Below, piece by piece: positions 47,429 to 59,472 of a stretch of 64,000 nucleotides of DNA. Numbering within the stretch: position 1 is the stretch's first letter; every line of letters begins with the position of its first letter. A program made the position numbers and the translations under genes. The notes under the pieces are model-generated. The model was not told the DNA's origin. It saw nothing but the letters and a program-made list of their open reading frames with translations, and made no database searches. This DNA is from Neophaeotheca triangularis (Eukaryota). The DNA lies in contig BAAIJX010000001.1 in NCBI GenBank assembly GCA_054600435.1, positions 992,001-1,056,000 of the forward strand, written 5' to 3'.

Positions 47429-47440
47429 GCAGCAGCAGCA
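47386..47440. repeat. Compound (AAC)n(AGC)n microsatellite in the probable pal1 5' UTR
   Basis: About 10 uninterrupted AAC units followed by 4 AGC units. Confidence 0.92.
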
Positions 47441-47524
47441 AAACCTACATACAGCCGGGACACCGTCCCTTGGCAGATAGCAGCAGAGATAACGAGCACC
47501 ACCAACACCACCATCTTCCCGACA

Positions 47525-49711
47525 ATGGCCTTGGCCAATCCCCATACGGTCCCTGGTATGTACCACGATCCGCGCAACATCACATCATCACTTGCTGCTA
47601 CGACAGGGCACGCGCTGCCCTTGCCCCACCGCTTCAATACCCATAGTCCCCTGTTTCACACCAAACTCCGTCCATTTTACTGACAAGTCGCCCTCTTGCG
47701 CAATTGCAGACCGCCAGCCTTCACCCAACGGCCTCTCGCTCAATCTCCCCTCCAACAATCCCTTCCGCAACCGCGCCCACTCGCCCTCTCCACGAGCACC
47801 AGACGCCTCGAGGCCACAACCCCCTACAACCAACAAAATGTCCAACAATCCATTTCTTGACGCCAGCGAGCTCTCAAAAAGCAACCACAAAACAAACACT
47901 TCGGGCGGACCTGGCAGTGCTTCGGATATTTTTGTAAGTGGCTAGCACTGCTTCACCCAATATGCACCCTGCCGAATCCCTGTGAAACCTTCATCTCCAC
48001 ACCACCACTGCAGTCACATCACACTCCATGGCACACTCCTCTCTCGCTACATCTTGTGTGAAGAGAATGACTCTACCGATACCATACACACGCTGTAGTC
48101 GCCGTCATGGACCGCTTTCGTACCTTCTCCCATATGTTTGCTGATTTTCCTACTCTACAGAAGGAGCTCTCTCTGCTGGACAAGCCCGATCCTCCAATCG
48201 GTAAGTGTAGCACAAGCCGAAGTAATGCGGTGTCCCGAGGTCTGCTTGCTAACCGCAAAACACAGCAGGCAATGCTCCACCCGCACGTGCTGCTCCCAGG
48301 CCGAAGGCCGGTCACCGCGCAACAGGATCCGAGGAACGCCGTGAACGCCCGCGCGACCCGCGAGGGCTCCCTCGACCCCTTGATGGCCCCCAACGTCGTG
48401 AACGACCACATCAACGTAGAGCATCGGCATCGTCAGTTATGGACAGGGAAGAGAAGGATCGCCCACGTCGCGATCCGCGTGAAAGAGAGCCCCGTGAGCG
48501 AGAACGTGAGAGAGGCGAGCGTCCAGTGCGGACAGAATCTGAAGAGCGAAGAAGGCGTGAGAGGCGCAAGGAGAGGGAGGAGCGTCACAGGCGGGAAAAG
48601 GAGAAAATCCGCAACGGAGGCAAGTCGACTAAGAAGGCTCAAGGCCTCGACATCATCGACAAGCTTGACGTTACCGGAATATATGGTCCAGGCTGTGAGT
48701 ACTCTCAGCTAACCGACCATTGGGCTTAGTGCTAACAGCATGACAGTATTCCACCACGACGGCCCCTTTGATGCCTGCAACCCTCACCGCAACGCCCGCA
48801 AGGACCGCCGTGCACCCATGCAAGCCTTCCCCACCGGCAGCGCCAATATGGCACTTGGAGGTTCTGGGCCTGTAAACTCGCGCATCGACCTTGAAAAGTA
48901 CTCCGGCCGCGGCGAGGAAGGCTTTGCCGATTATGGAAACACTCGCAAAACCGGTCACACCTTCGTCAGCCCAACCGACAAGATTGAACAAATCCACGCC
49001 GACGAGACATACGGTCTAGGTACATCTACATTCCTCGAGGGAGCCCGCGCCCCTGGCCACAAACCTAGAGAAAGTGACGACATCGCCGCCCAGAAGGATC
49101 AGTCCACTAACGGCATCAACAACGGCGGCGGCATAACCCGCAAAAAGAGTCTTGCCCAACGTTTCCGCGGCATGTCCGCCTCGCGCCGCAACGGCCCAGA
49201 CAACACCCGCAGCCCCGAAGCCAGATACCACCCCGGCAGCGTCAACCTCACCGACAGCGAGCGCAACTCCCCGCCCTCGGCCTCCGGCGGCCATTTGATG
49301 CAGAACAAAGCCATGTCCGCCGGCGGTCCCATGCGCGCCAAGTACACCCGCGAAAACGAAGTCAACGTCTTCGAAGAAAACTACGACGCGGCTTTCGAGC
49401 GCAAGGGCCAGCAGATCCGCATCGCCGAGCAGGAGCGTCCCAGCCACGCTAACCGGAGGCCTAGCTCGCCGCTTGCTCCTGCTGGTGGCGCGCAGGGCAG
49501 TGTCGGCGGTGGGGGCAGTTCAAGAATCGGCTACGGGCTCACTAGGAGCGTGACTTCGGACTCGGCTACGACTCCCGCGCAGCAGAGGGGACGCAGCTTT
49601 AGCGGCGAAGAGAAGGGCGTTGCTGCGAACGGAGGGGGCGGCGGATTTTTGAGCCGGATGAAGAGTCTGAAGGGCGGAAAGCGGGCGAGGCCTGAGAGGA
49701 GGGAATCTTAG
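47525..49711 (+). CDS. pal1: Pal1 cell-morphology family protein
   Basis: NPF motifs (SNNPFRNR, SNNPFLD), LDIIDKLDVTGIYG, FHHDGPFDACNPHRN, APMQAFP, GLGTSTFLEG. Multi-exon, with the first exon inferred at 47525-47555. Confidence 0.88.
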
Positions 49712-50908
49712 ATTGTTGCCGTTGAGGTTGGATAGAGAGGAGGCTTTCTTGCAGTAGGGCTTCCCACCGCTCTTGCAGTCAGCAAGGCTGGGAACTGCCC
49801 GTGGCTCGGCGTCGGTTATTGCGTTTCAGGATACCATTACTTTCTCTTCTCTTTCTGTCGTCGGACGAAGAGCTTTTCCCCACTTGAAGTGGCTGGGAAT
49901 TTCTTCTTTTTTCCCATCTTAGGTCCTGGCGCAGTTAAATGGGTCGTCAGTTGGTTACGAGAACAAAATAGGGCGAACAGGGGGGTATAGTACTAGGCGA
50001 ACACAGGGCGATGGCATATGGGAACACGGGAAATTGCTGCTTTTGGGTCTTTTTTTTCGGGGGGCGGTTTTATCATATCTCTCTCTTGAATGCAGGTTTT
50101 TCCGTCCAGTTTCTTAGGCTCTGAGGCTAGTTGCCTCGCTGGCTTCGTAGTACTTGTTCTCTTTTCTGGCTCTAACTACGCTTACGTTCTAGTTTGTCGC
50201 ATGTTGTTTATTCTAGCTGTCGACAGTCTTCTAAACCAAGGGAGCAGCACTGGGTGTGGATACGCTTCGCTTGAGACTAGGAGTCTGCATCACTAGCCAT
50301 ATCAACGGTGGTCTGGTCTACTGTCTCTGCCAATCATTGCGACGGTGAGTGAGGTGATTCAGGCGCCGGTTGTCCGGGATCCCGGAAGCAAGAGTGAATG
50401 AGGGTTTGTGGAAAAGTGAAGTTGGAGTGAGTATGCGTGTACTATATATACTGTTGCAGAACGCCGGACGCCTTCGCTACGCAATCAAATGGACACTAGC
50501 GTTGCTTCGGTGGAACGGAAAGAACGGCTTTTCCCTCTTTCCAAGGGAGGATTGGGGGTGAGCGATGTCGAGGCTGTCGTTGTCGGGTTGGGATTTGGCT
50601 GGCTCTTGTCGCGGTAACGTGGTTGCTTGCTTGGGTGTTGTGGGGGCGCGGGACTCGATGCAGCAGTTGGAGGTCTTTTGACGGGCAGAGCCAAAGACAT
50701 GTCGGTTTCGAAAAAACGGCGAGGTGGCGGAGAGGCGTTGTGGGTGTGTTGCTGGGATGTCAAGACACCGGAGCTCCGTGGGGAGGGAGTAGCGATTCGC
50801 CGTCTCGGCTGGGCAGAAAGAAAGCTCTTCCTCGTATTCTTCGCTCCAGTCATCCAGCCGCAACCCCCCCTTCCCTGACCCGTACCCCAAAACAACACGA
50901 CCCTTGCC

Positions 50909-51478
50909 TTAATTCTCCCTCCACTCCGCCGCACAAAGCACACACTTGTAAAAACTCGTCATGGGCTCGTCCGCCGACCGAATCTGGACCTGTCTGAAGT
51001 AGGCTTGCAACGAATCGCAATCGTCTCGCGGACAGCGCGTTTCGGTCTTGTCCACGTTCGCCCAGGCTTCGGAACCGCCCAGGACGTCTGGGGTGTCGTT
51101 TTGTTCGGATTTGGAGAGGGGTTTGCGTTCGTAGTAGCTGTGGGGATGGGGGTTAGGGGTTACGGGGGTGGGGGAGGTTTTTGTGTTTTATGGGATGGGT
51201 GTGGCGAGGAAGGGGGGGTCTTCGGAGTTGGTGGTTTTTGTTGATGTGTGGCGCTTACCGGCGGTCGAGGATCATTTGGTACGGGCAGCTGCGGCATTCG
51301 AAGCGGTTTTTGCCCGAGTCTTTGAGGTCTTCGCGCGCGACGAGGCCTTGGGCGGCGTCGGGCATGGAGGTTACCATGAGCATGTTGCTGCAGGAGGGGC
51401 AGACTTGGGGTTGGAGGTGTCAGTTTGAGTTGGAATGGAGTGTGGGGTTCGCTGGTGGAGATGCTTACAGAGGAGCAT
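50909..51478 (-). CDS. RPC11: RNA polymerase III subunit C11 (TFIIS-like zinc ribbons)
   Basis: Exons 51478-51469, 51403-51259 and 51137-50909 give MLLFCPSCSNML...FECRSCPY...AYFRQVQIRSADEPMTSFYKCVLC..WREN (127 aa). Not shown in the ORF track. Confidence 0.93.
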
Positions 51479-52081
51479 TTTTGTGCTCTTGTTTGAGGGC
51501 TTGCTTCAATTTGTTGGGGGGTTTTGGTTGGAGGTTTTTTTAACCGAGGAGAGGAGGGAGTTGTGAGAAAGGTGGTTTTAGTTCAAAAGGTCTGGTATTT
51601 TTGGTTGTCGAAAGAGCTTAGACAAGACAGTAGTGAGGCCAGTTCCCAGATGGTGTAAAAGATCGCAAGTGTCTAATGCCGCCAAAAGCACTAGCGCACT
51701 GCTCAAGTGAAGGGAAAGGTGGAATGCTTAGTCAGGTAGACAAGCTGGAACGTCATTGGTTCGAGGCGTAATCGGTGGGGTCCACGGGTGTTGGAAGTCG
51801 GTCCCTGAATAATATGGGGATCGACCGAACGAGTAAGAAGCCACTACCTACGCGCGTGCCTCTCCCTAATAGTGTTTTGTCTGTGGCAGTGAAGGTAAAG
51901 GCAACCAGTCTAATAGTAACCACAGCGACCACGCACCTTATCGAAGAACTTTGCTCTTGGCTCGGATCTCTACTGCGACCTCCAAAAGATACGCTCTGTC
52001 TTCAGAATCCACAGACCTAGCCGGAGGCCCACATCCTACGCCAAAGAACCGCCTGCCTAATCACCGGCTCACACGACAAAC

Positions 52082-52633
52082 ATGTCCACCAACGACGACG
52101 GCGCAAGCCCCAGCGAACAACTCCTCTTCGCCTGCCGCCGCAACAACATCAGCCTTCTCGAAGCCGCTCTAAACGATCTCTCCAAAACCTCCACCTCCAA
52201 AGACCGCTCCGAAGCAATCGCCCACTACCTCAACACCACCACCTCCCCTCTTGGCGCTTCCCCACTCCACATCGCAGCCGAGCACGGCAACTACGAAGCT
52301 CTAGACTACATCCTGGACTGCGAGGGTGTGGAGATCGACCACCGGGAACCGCGAGAGGGTGATACGCCGCTACACAAAGCCGTCAGGTACACGAACGGGG
52401 TTGGGAAGAACGGGTGGGAGGATGGTAAGGCCGTCGTGGAGATTCTGGTCGATGCGGGATGTGATGCGCGGTTGGTGAATAAGGCGAGGTTGAAGCCGTT
52501 GCAGCTTGTGGATCCGAGGAATGAGGAGTTGAAGGAGGTTTTGAGGAGGGCGGAGTTTGCGAGTGGGGCTGGAGGAGATGTGGTCCAGGAGGAGGATGAG
52601 AGGAGGGATGGGCCTGGGAGTGAGAGTGATTAG
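52082..52633 (+). CDS. Small ankyrin-repeat protein
   Basis: EQLLFACRRNN, GASPLHIAAEHG, GDTPLHKAV, VEILVDAGCD. Confidence 0.88.
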   Translation: MSTNDDGASPSEQLLFACRRNNISLLEAALNDLSKTSTSKDRSEAIAHYLNTTTSPLGASPLHIAAEHGNYEALDYILDCEGVEIDHREPREGDTPLHKAVRYTNGVGKNGWEDGKAVVEILVDAGCDARLVNKARLKPLQLVDPRNEELKEVLRRAEFASGAGGDVVQEEDERRDGPGSESD

Positions 52634-53221
52634 TTTTGTGGATTGCAGGGGCTGGGTTGTGGAAGGGTGGGGTGGGAAAGGAATGGATGATTGTTGGGTG
52701 GGCGGGGAGTTCGTGGTTTGAGATGGGCATAGCGTTGGCGTTGATATGGTCGGCATAGCGCTCTGGAGAGCTATACAATTATTGTCGCGCTTTTGGTGCG
52801 ATAGAGAATAAACCTTGTCATGTCGACTTGTGCAACTGCAATTTGTGCAGATCTAGAAGAGCGGCTGTACAGTCTACATGGTAGTACTAGAATGTGTTCT
52901 CCCGCAATAAAGTGTCCCCGAACACATCACCCGACATGTCCTTGAAGACGATCAACATGTCCGCACTGACAAGCTCGCCCCAGCACGACTGAGCACAGAT
53001 CTCAAAGCCAGTACTCTTAAAGGTCTGTCAAGGGCATGAACCAAGTTGTCGTATATAGGAGTTCTCTTCTCATTCGCAAAGCAACATGCTCTGCTACAAA
53101 AGACCACGACACCTCCAGTCCACACGCCTAAACTCCAGCAGCCCGACAAACACGCCAGCCACCACACAAAACAAGATTGGGTATCATGACTTCACCGCCC
53201 ACAGCTCCACCATCCACCAAC

Positions 53222-53610
53222 CTACCGCCCATTCTTCGGCGCCTCCCCACCAACCTCCGCCCCCTCCTCTTCCTCCTCCTCATCCTGCGCGGGATCATAC
53301 CCCTCCACCTCCTCCTTGGGTTTCGGCCCCACGGGCAAAACCATCCTCTCCATCATCTCTGCTCTCAACGTCTCGGTGGGTTTTCCCGATGCCAGAGCCG
53401 TGTAGTGCAGCAGCGGGTCGTGGCCGACGAGCGAGCTGTAAGTGTCGCGCGCAATGTTGGAAGCGAAGTCGTGGTTGGTCGTGTCGCTGTGGCCGACGCC
53501 GACGAATTTGTTCTGGAGAGACTCGAGCTGTTGCGCGTTGCGGAGTTTGTCGGCCTGGGGTGGTTAATCTTGTGACGGTCAAAGATCTGAGTGTTAGGGG
53601 GGATTACCAT
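53222..53610 (-). CDS. SF3B5: Splicing factor 3B subunit 5 (SF3b10/Ysf3)
   Basis: ATG-only first coding exon (53610-53608), intron 53607-53555, then ADKLRNAQQLESLQNKFVGVGHSDTT...NIARDTYSSLVGH...MERMVLPVGP (111 aa). Not shown in the ORF track. Confidence 0.9.
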
Positions 53611-53902
53611 TGTACTTTTTGGGGGGTTGGAGTTGGGTTTGGTCGCGGTTTATGTTCAAGGATTATTATGTGCCGAGATAGCTTTTATAATGGTGTGGGA
53701 ATGGTAGGTATGGTAGGTAGTCAAACGTGAAGATTGATCGCCGGCTCTCGGTGTTTGCCGAGTGGCTGATAAGCGATAAGGCCTGCAAGCAAGGTAAGCG
53801 CGTCGCGTCGCGACTGCCTCAATATATCTTGGTGCCCTACGCTGCGACTGTATCCCCGTCGCTTGCAAACGGGCCGCAATTTACCACCGGGTCGCCGTCG
53901 AC

Positions 53903-55027
53903 ATGCCTCAACTACAGTCAAGAAAGCGTCGCGCGGTGAGTAAACCTGGTGATCTCAAATCGATCTCCACCTGATACCCCCACCAGGCGCCAGAGCCCTC
54001 AGAAGAAGCCTCCTCCCCAGAAGAACCAACAACCCAACGCCGCCGCACCTCCAACAATGACGCAACGCAAAACGACGAAGAAGAAGGAGATTATACGGAA
54101 AACGGCCTAAGCGCCGCCACCCAAACCAATACAACGCTCGAAACGCAAGTGAAAAAGCTGGTCCGCTTCGCCCTCGCCAGCGAACTCAACCGCAAACCCA
54201 TCCGCCGCCCGGACATCAACGAGAAATGCCTGGGAACGGGCTCCCGCGCTTTCAAAGAAGTCTTCGCAGCGGCGCAACTCCAGCTCCGCGATATCTTCGG
54301 CATGGAAATGCAAGTAGCGCCCGCCAAAGATCAAGTCACGCTCGCGCAGAAACGCGCCGCGCAGAGGAGTCAGACGCAAGCTACGCAGAGTGGGAGGGGC
54401 GGGGGGAGCATGGCGGGACCGTGGTTTTTGGTTTCCACGCTGCCGCCGGAGCTGAGAGGACCGGTGAATGTTCTTGAGCCCACGGCTGGCGCGAGTGAGG
54501 AGGACAAGTATCGGGGTATTTATACGGTGTTGTGTTCGCTTATCAGTTTGAGCAATGGGAGTTTGCCTGAGAATAAGCTGAGTCGGTTTTTGAGGAGGCT
54601 TATGTTGGAGGATTCGACGCCGTTGGCTGGCACCCCTAAGCCCGAGGCGCTGTTTAAGAGGTTGGAGAAGGACGGGTATATTGTCAAGGTTAAGGAGAGT
54701 ACTGGTGGGGGAGAGGACGACGTTTCGTTCACACTTGGGCCGAGGGGAAAGGTGGAAGTGGGGGAGGCTGGGGTGAGGGGATTAGTTGGGCAGGTTTATG
54801 ATGCAAGGAACATGGATGATAAGCAAGAGGAGGAACTGGTGAGGAGGATTGACAGAAGCATGGGGGTCGATGAGAAGGAGAAACGCCGACAAAAGGAAGA
54901 TGAGAAGGCTGCCAAGGCTGGTGCGCGGCAGAAGGGCGGGAAGGGTAAGGGGAGGAAGAAGAATCGCGCTGAAGAGGAAGAGGAAGAGGAAGAGGAGGAA
55001 GAGGACGAGGACGATGAAGAGGAGTGA
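53903..55027 (+). CDS. NSE3: MAGE-domain protein, Smc5/6 complex subunit Nse3
   Basis: Exons 53903-53935 and 53987-55027; VKKLVRFALASE..RKPIRRPDI, FKEVF..AQ..LRDIFGMEM, WFLVSTLP, LEKDGYI, LGPRGKVEVG; acidic tail. Confidence 0.85.
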
Positions 55028-55912
55028 GTCTTGATGGTGGGCTATATCCCAAGACGCCAGCATCTATATGCCGACGTTTCGTTGTACTTGGAAGGGAGCT
55101 CTGGGCTACCTCGACACGACACGTGACATCATTGCTAACAACCTCGCCGAATGTTCATCAAAGACGAGCCGCTATTCCAGCGACGTTTCGTTCACCCCAA
55201 GGAAAGCCATTATTGGTATCGTACCCAGCGCACACCAAGCGGCCAATGAGCGATGCCCATTCACAACCTCACAGCCTGTCTCGGCACGCGGAGAATGAAC
55301 GGGGAATAAACGGGTGAATGCACGGCTTTTAAGGGATGGATCAAGAACGATTTACTACCTAGTGGTGCATTTCGGGCCGAGGGCGCGGGTTCATGTTAGG
55401 GGCGGCGATTGTGGCTTGAAGAAGTGGGCTTGGCGGTGTTGAGGTCTACTGGTAGGAGCCCGGTAGAAGCCTGACTTGCCTCGCAAGAGACAACGATACA
55501 GTAGTACCGGGCCGCATGTATTGATCGTAGCGAACAGATGGGATCACAACGACACGTCCTAGCTACTCTTCAACTACCTCATCTTGAAGGAAGTAAGTTC
55601 AAACACGGCCAATAACGTAATGTAGGTTGCCGCAATTCGTACGGTCCCGGGCCAGAACAGAGCTCTGCAAAGTACACAGCCAAGAAACCTCCCTGCATCG
55701 GTCACGGGCGTCAGCTCCAGAGGCCGCTTTCTAGGTGGAAAGTACCTGACGTGATGTACTAGTACCTCTGTAGTCTTGCTGAAGAATGCCAGAAGCTGCA
55801 TCACCTTCTGCTTGGACACTGCAAGTTCGAAGCACTTTATTTCCTCACCTTCTCACATCCTTTCCAGTCCTCCCATCTCCAACACCCTCCAGCAAACATC
55901 CACTCTGCCGCG

Positions 55913-55941
55913 CACTCGGACACTCGGACACTCGGACACTC
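55913..55941. repeat. (CACTCGGA)x3.6 short tandem repeat
   Basis: cactcgga cactcgga cactcgga cactc read directly. Confidence 0.85.
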
Positions 55942-56577
55942 CCATCCGCTTCCCCCAGGTCCCACCACTACCAGCCCTGTCTTCCCCGCCCGCTACCCCA
56001 CCTTGGATCCGATAAGAGCGATAAGCCGCCAGCCGAGGAGGCAATCAGGCGACTACCTTACATAGTACACTCCACGACACTCCTACTAGTACTGTAGCAC
56101 ACATACACACCTATTACTAGGTTTCCACCGCACGACGACCGCTCGCTCGCTCGCAGAGAAAACCGTGATCCGAAGCAAACACAGCCACGAACTCAAACGA
56201 AGCTCTTGTCGTGCCATGGTCTTGAGCTCTGTCTGCCCGTGAGCAGTAGCGTAGCAAATTTCATCAAGTAACCTTTGCAGGTAGGTCAATGTGATGCTTG
56301 CGCCGGTCGTGTGAGCTGTATCAGACTATCAGCTTGTCTTGAGACGATCCCGGCTGATCACGACTGAACGTCCTGCTGACTTTTTCCTTCGAGGCCTGGA
56401 AACACCTGATTCTCCCGTTCGCTGTGCTGCTGTTTGAGCTGCGGGGCTGAGGGTGAAGAGCTTGCTTTCTATATACTTTGATACGCTGGTTAGAGCTGTA
56501 TTTTGAAGGAGTGGTTTGGCTGTGGTAGAGACAACGAATGATTGACGGGCCATCATCCCCACCTAGCTGCTTCCACA

Positions 56578-58785
56578 ATGGCAGACACATCCCTTGAGTC
56601 CGTCGTCGAAGGGCATGGAGCCCCAGCATCCCCGTCGAGCCCACCAAACCGTCCAACGCCCTTCAACGAACGACCTGCGAAGCTCGGAAACCGGGAGAGA
56701 TTGCTCGGTCGGCTGCATCGCATTTCTTCGTCACAGTCCGTTGCACGTCTAGGTAAGCCAAGATCGCGAACATACAGTGGCTCGGGCAAGGGATCTGTGT
56801 CTTGCATCTCGTTAGGCTCAGGAGCCACGCCGTACAGTTCCGCTTTCGATACATCCCTGACTGGCGATTCGGCGGCGAGCTACTCCACCGCGCCCACTTC
56901 GAATGTCAGCACGCCTGGAGGGATACAGATACCGACTTTTGATGAGCGGGCTCGATTGCGCCATCTCTCAAACCTCGACGGCAAGAGCTCGGCTGCGGTC
57001 CCTTTGGATCTAAGACCTTCAACCAAATCCGGCCAGACTCCCAATATCGTCGAGGGGGATGAAGATTACTTCTCCCGTCCCATCACCCATCGTTCAGAAT
57101 CTAAGCGCGACTTCAGCTTCTGGCGTGACATGCCTTCGGAGATCAAGATGGAGATTTTGACTTACCTGAAACCGAAAGAGATTGTTCGCTGTTCAGCCGT
57201 ATCGCACTCATGGCACAAGATGTGCTTCGATGGGCAACTATGGGCGATCCTTGACACTACCGACTTCTACAGAGAGATTCCCGCAGATGCCTTGGTCAAC
57301 ATCATCACTTCCGCTGGACCTTTTGTGCGAGACTTGAATCTCAGAGGCTGCGTTCAGCTTAGGGAGCGCTGGCATGCCAAGGGGCTCTCTGATGCTTGTA
57401 GAAACTTGCAAAACTTCAACCTCGAGGGCTGTCGTATTGATCGATCTTCGATACACAATTTCCTGTATCAGAACAACCGGCTGCTACACATCAACCTTTC
57501 TGGATTGGCTGGGGCGACTAACGCTGGCATGAAGGTTCTGGCTACTCATTGTCCCATGCTGGAGCATTTGAATGTGTCCTGGTGTAACAATATTGACACG
57601 CGTGGTTTGGGTTGGGTTGTGGACGGCTGCAACAACTTGAGAGATCTCCGAGCGGGTGAGATTCGAGGTTGGGACGACAAAGAGTTTGCCCAGAAGGTCT
57701 TCGAAAAGAACAAACTTGAGCGCTTAATTCTGACAAATTGCGATTCGTTGACCGACGAGTCGCTAGCTGTGCTATTCGAAGGTACTGGAAGTGAAATCGA
57801 CTACTTGACTGGCCGACCGATTGTTCCTCCGCGGAATCTCAAACACCTCGACCTAACCCGCTGTCGAGGCATCTCCGACCAGGGCATGCGGTCCTTTGTC
57901 AACAACATCCCACACATCGAAGGCCTGCAACTAGCAAAATGCTCCAACGTCTTCGACGCTTCTCTGACAGATCTCCTCCCCACAACCCCAATGCTCACCC
58001 ACCTCGACCTTGAAGAACTCGAGGACCTAACCAACGCCGTGCTTCACTGCCTCTCCAACTCCCCCTGCGCCAAACGCCTCCGCCACCTTAGCATCTCCTA
58101 CTGCGAAAACATGGGCGACACGGGAATGATCCCACTACTCAAAAGCTGCACTAACCTCCGCTCCCTCGAAATGGACAACACCCGCATCTCCGACCTCGTG
58201 CTCACCGAAGCAGCGAGCATGCTCCGCAGCCGTAGCTCCCGCAGCTCCGTCCACGGGAAACCCACCATCGGCCTCCGCCTTGTCGCCTACGACTGCCAAA
58301 ACGTCACCTGGACGGGCGTGCGCGAAGTCCTATCCCGCAACGCCGAAGTCTTCACCAGCACCGTCGCCACCGAACTCCCGCCCCTAGAAAAAAACCTCCC
58401 ATCCACCTCAACTTCCTCGACTCACCTCACGATCCCCCACCCCGGCCCCCGCATCCACGTCCTTCAAACCTCATCCTACCCCTCCACCCTCCTATCGCTC
58501 AAATGCTTCTACTCGTACCAACCCACCGTCGACGAGCACACGAAACGCTGCTTACGGGGCGAATTCGCCGCCGCGCGACGGCTAGAGCGGAAATGGGCGG
58601 ATTTCATGATCGCGCAGGAAGAGGCTGGGGCTGGGGGCGCGGGAGTGCGGCGTAGACGGCGTAGAGCGCGCGAGGCGGCTATGGGGTACGCGGATGAGGA
58701 GGAGGTGGAGGGGAGTGGAGCTGTGGGTGGGGTTGGTGGGGGGAGGAGGCGGAGGGCTAGGAGTGGGGGATGTGGGGTTATGTGA
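56578..58785 (+). CDS. F-box / leucine-rich-repeat protein (SCF substrate adaptor)
   Basis: F-box MPSEIKMEILTYLKPKEIVRCSAVSHSWHKMCFDGQLW, then Cys-containing LRRs (LNLRGC, LNVSWC, LDLTRC, LSISYC). The C-terminus GCGVM resembles a CaaX box. Confidence 0.92.
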   Translation: MADTSLESVVEGHGAPASPSSPPNRPTPFNERPAKLGNRERLLGRLHRISSSQSVARLGKPRSRTYSGSGKGSVSCISLGSGATPYSSAFDTSLTGDSAASYSTAPTSNVSTPGGIQIPTFDERARLRHLSNLDGKSSAAVPLDLRPSTKSGQTPNIVEGDEDYFSRPITHRSESKRDFSFWRDMPSEIKMEILTYLKPKEIVRCSAVSHSWHKMCFDGQLWAILDTTDFYREIPADALVNIITSAGPFVRDLNLRGCVQLRERWHAKGLSDACRNLQNFNLEGCRIDRSSIHNFLYQNNRLLHINLSGLAGATNAGMKVLATHCPMLEHLNVSWCNNIDTRGLGWVVDGCNNLRDLRAGEIRGWDDKEFAQKVFEKNKLERLILTNCDSLTDESLAVLFEGTGSEIDYLTGRPIVPPRNLKHLDLTRCRGISDQGMRSFVNNIPHIEGLQLAKCSNVFDASLTDLLPTTPMLTHLDLEELEDLTNAVLHCLSNSPCAKRLRHLSISYCENMGDTGMIPLLKSCTNLRSLEMDNTRISDLVLTEAASMLRSRSSRSSVHGKPTIGLRLVAYDCQNVTWTGVREVLSRNAEVFTSTVATELPPLEKNLPSTSTSSTHLTIPHPGPRIHVLQTSSYPSTLLSLKCFYSYQPTVDEHTKRCLRGEFAAARRLERKWADFMIAQEEAGAGGAGVRRRRRRAREAAMGYADEEEVEGSGAVGGVGGGRRRRARSGGCGVM

Positions 58786-59472
58786 GACGGGGAGTATAGG
58801 GAGGTGGGTGGAGGGGTTTGGCTATTGGTCGTGACTTTTCCACTCTGGCTGGAGAGGGGTCTTGACGGCTTCTTTCTCTCTGTCTTTGGGGATGTCTTGG
58901 GATAGGCGCTGCGGCACGAGAAACACGAGCATGACTGACTTGACTCTGCGAGGGAAACTCGGCGAAGGGCGTTTTGTGCTTTTCTTTGAACCTTGGTTTC
59001 TTGTTCCTTTTTTTTTTCCCTACTTGATGATCAGGACGGGGCGTCTTTCGGCTTGGAAGGGATAGGAAGGTGTTGACATGGTTATACACCCGAGACTGAG
59101 ACTGACATGCATGGGCTTGATTTGTTTCACCTGCTTAGCTAGCCTGGCCCAGCCTTTTGGAACGAGATATACGAGTAACTACCTTACTTGCATCTGCACG
59201 TTCGTGTTTTTGCGCGTTTCTAGTTTGGTAATGTGAGTCTGGTTGATTTGTTTTAGCTCCGACTGCTTTTCCAAGGTCTGGTGCTGCGTCGTTCGAGCTA
59301 GGCAAGAATATTCCATGGTTCTATCTCCATCGTCGTCGTCTCTCCGTGCTTCAGGCTCTTGCAGACTTCTTCTTCTTCATCGTTCTCGACCCGTGCCCAT
59401 GTTCCCTTCCTAGCAACAGAATTTTCCCTCCCCACCTTCCCTTCAATAGGTAGATACCCCCCGCTTCCCTTG

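Noticed and set aside
51700..51800. Possible tRNA around GGTTCGA at ~51758
   Set aside because: No cloverleaf stems or A-box could be built.
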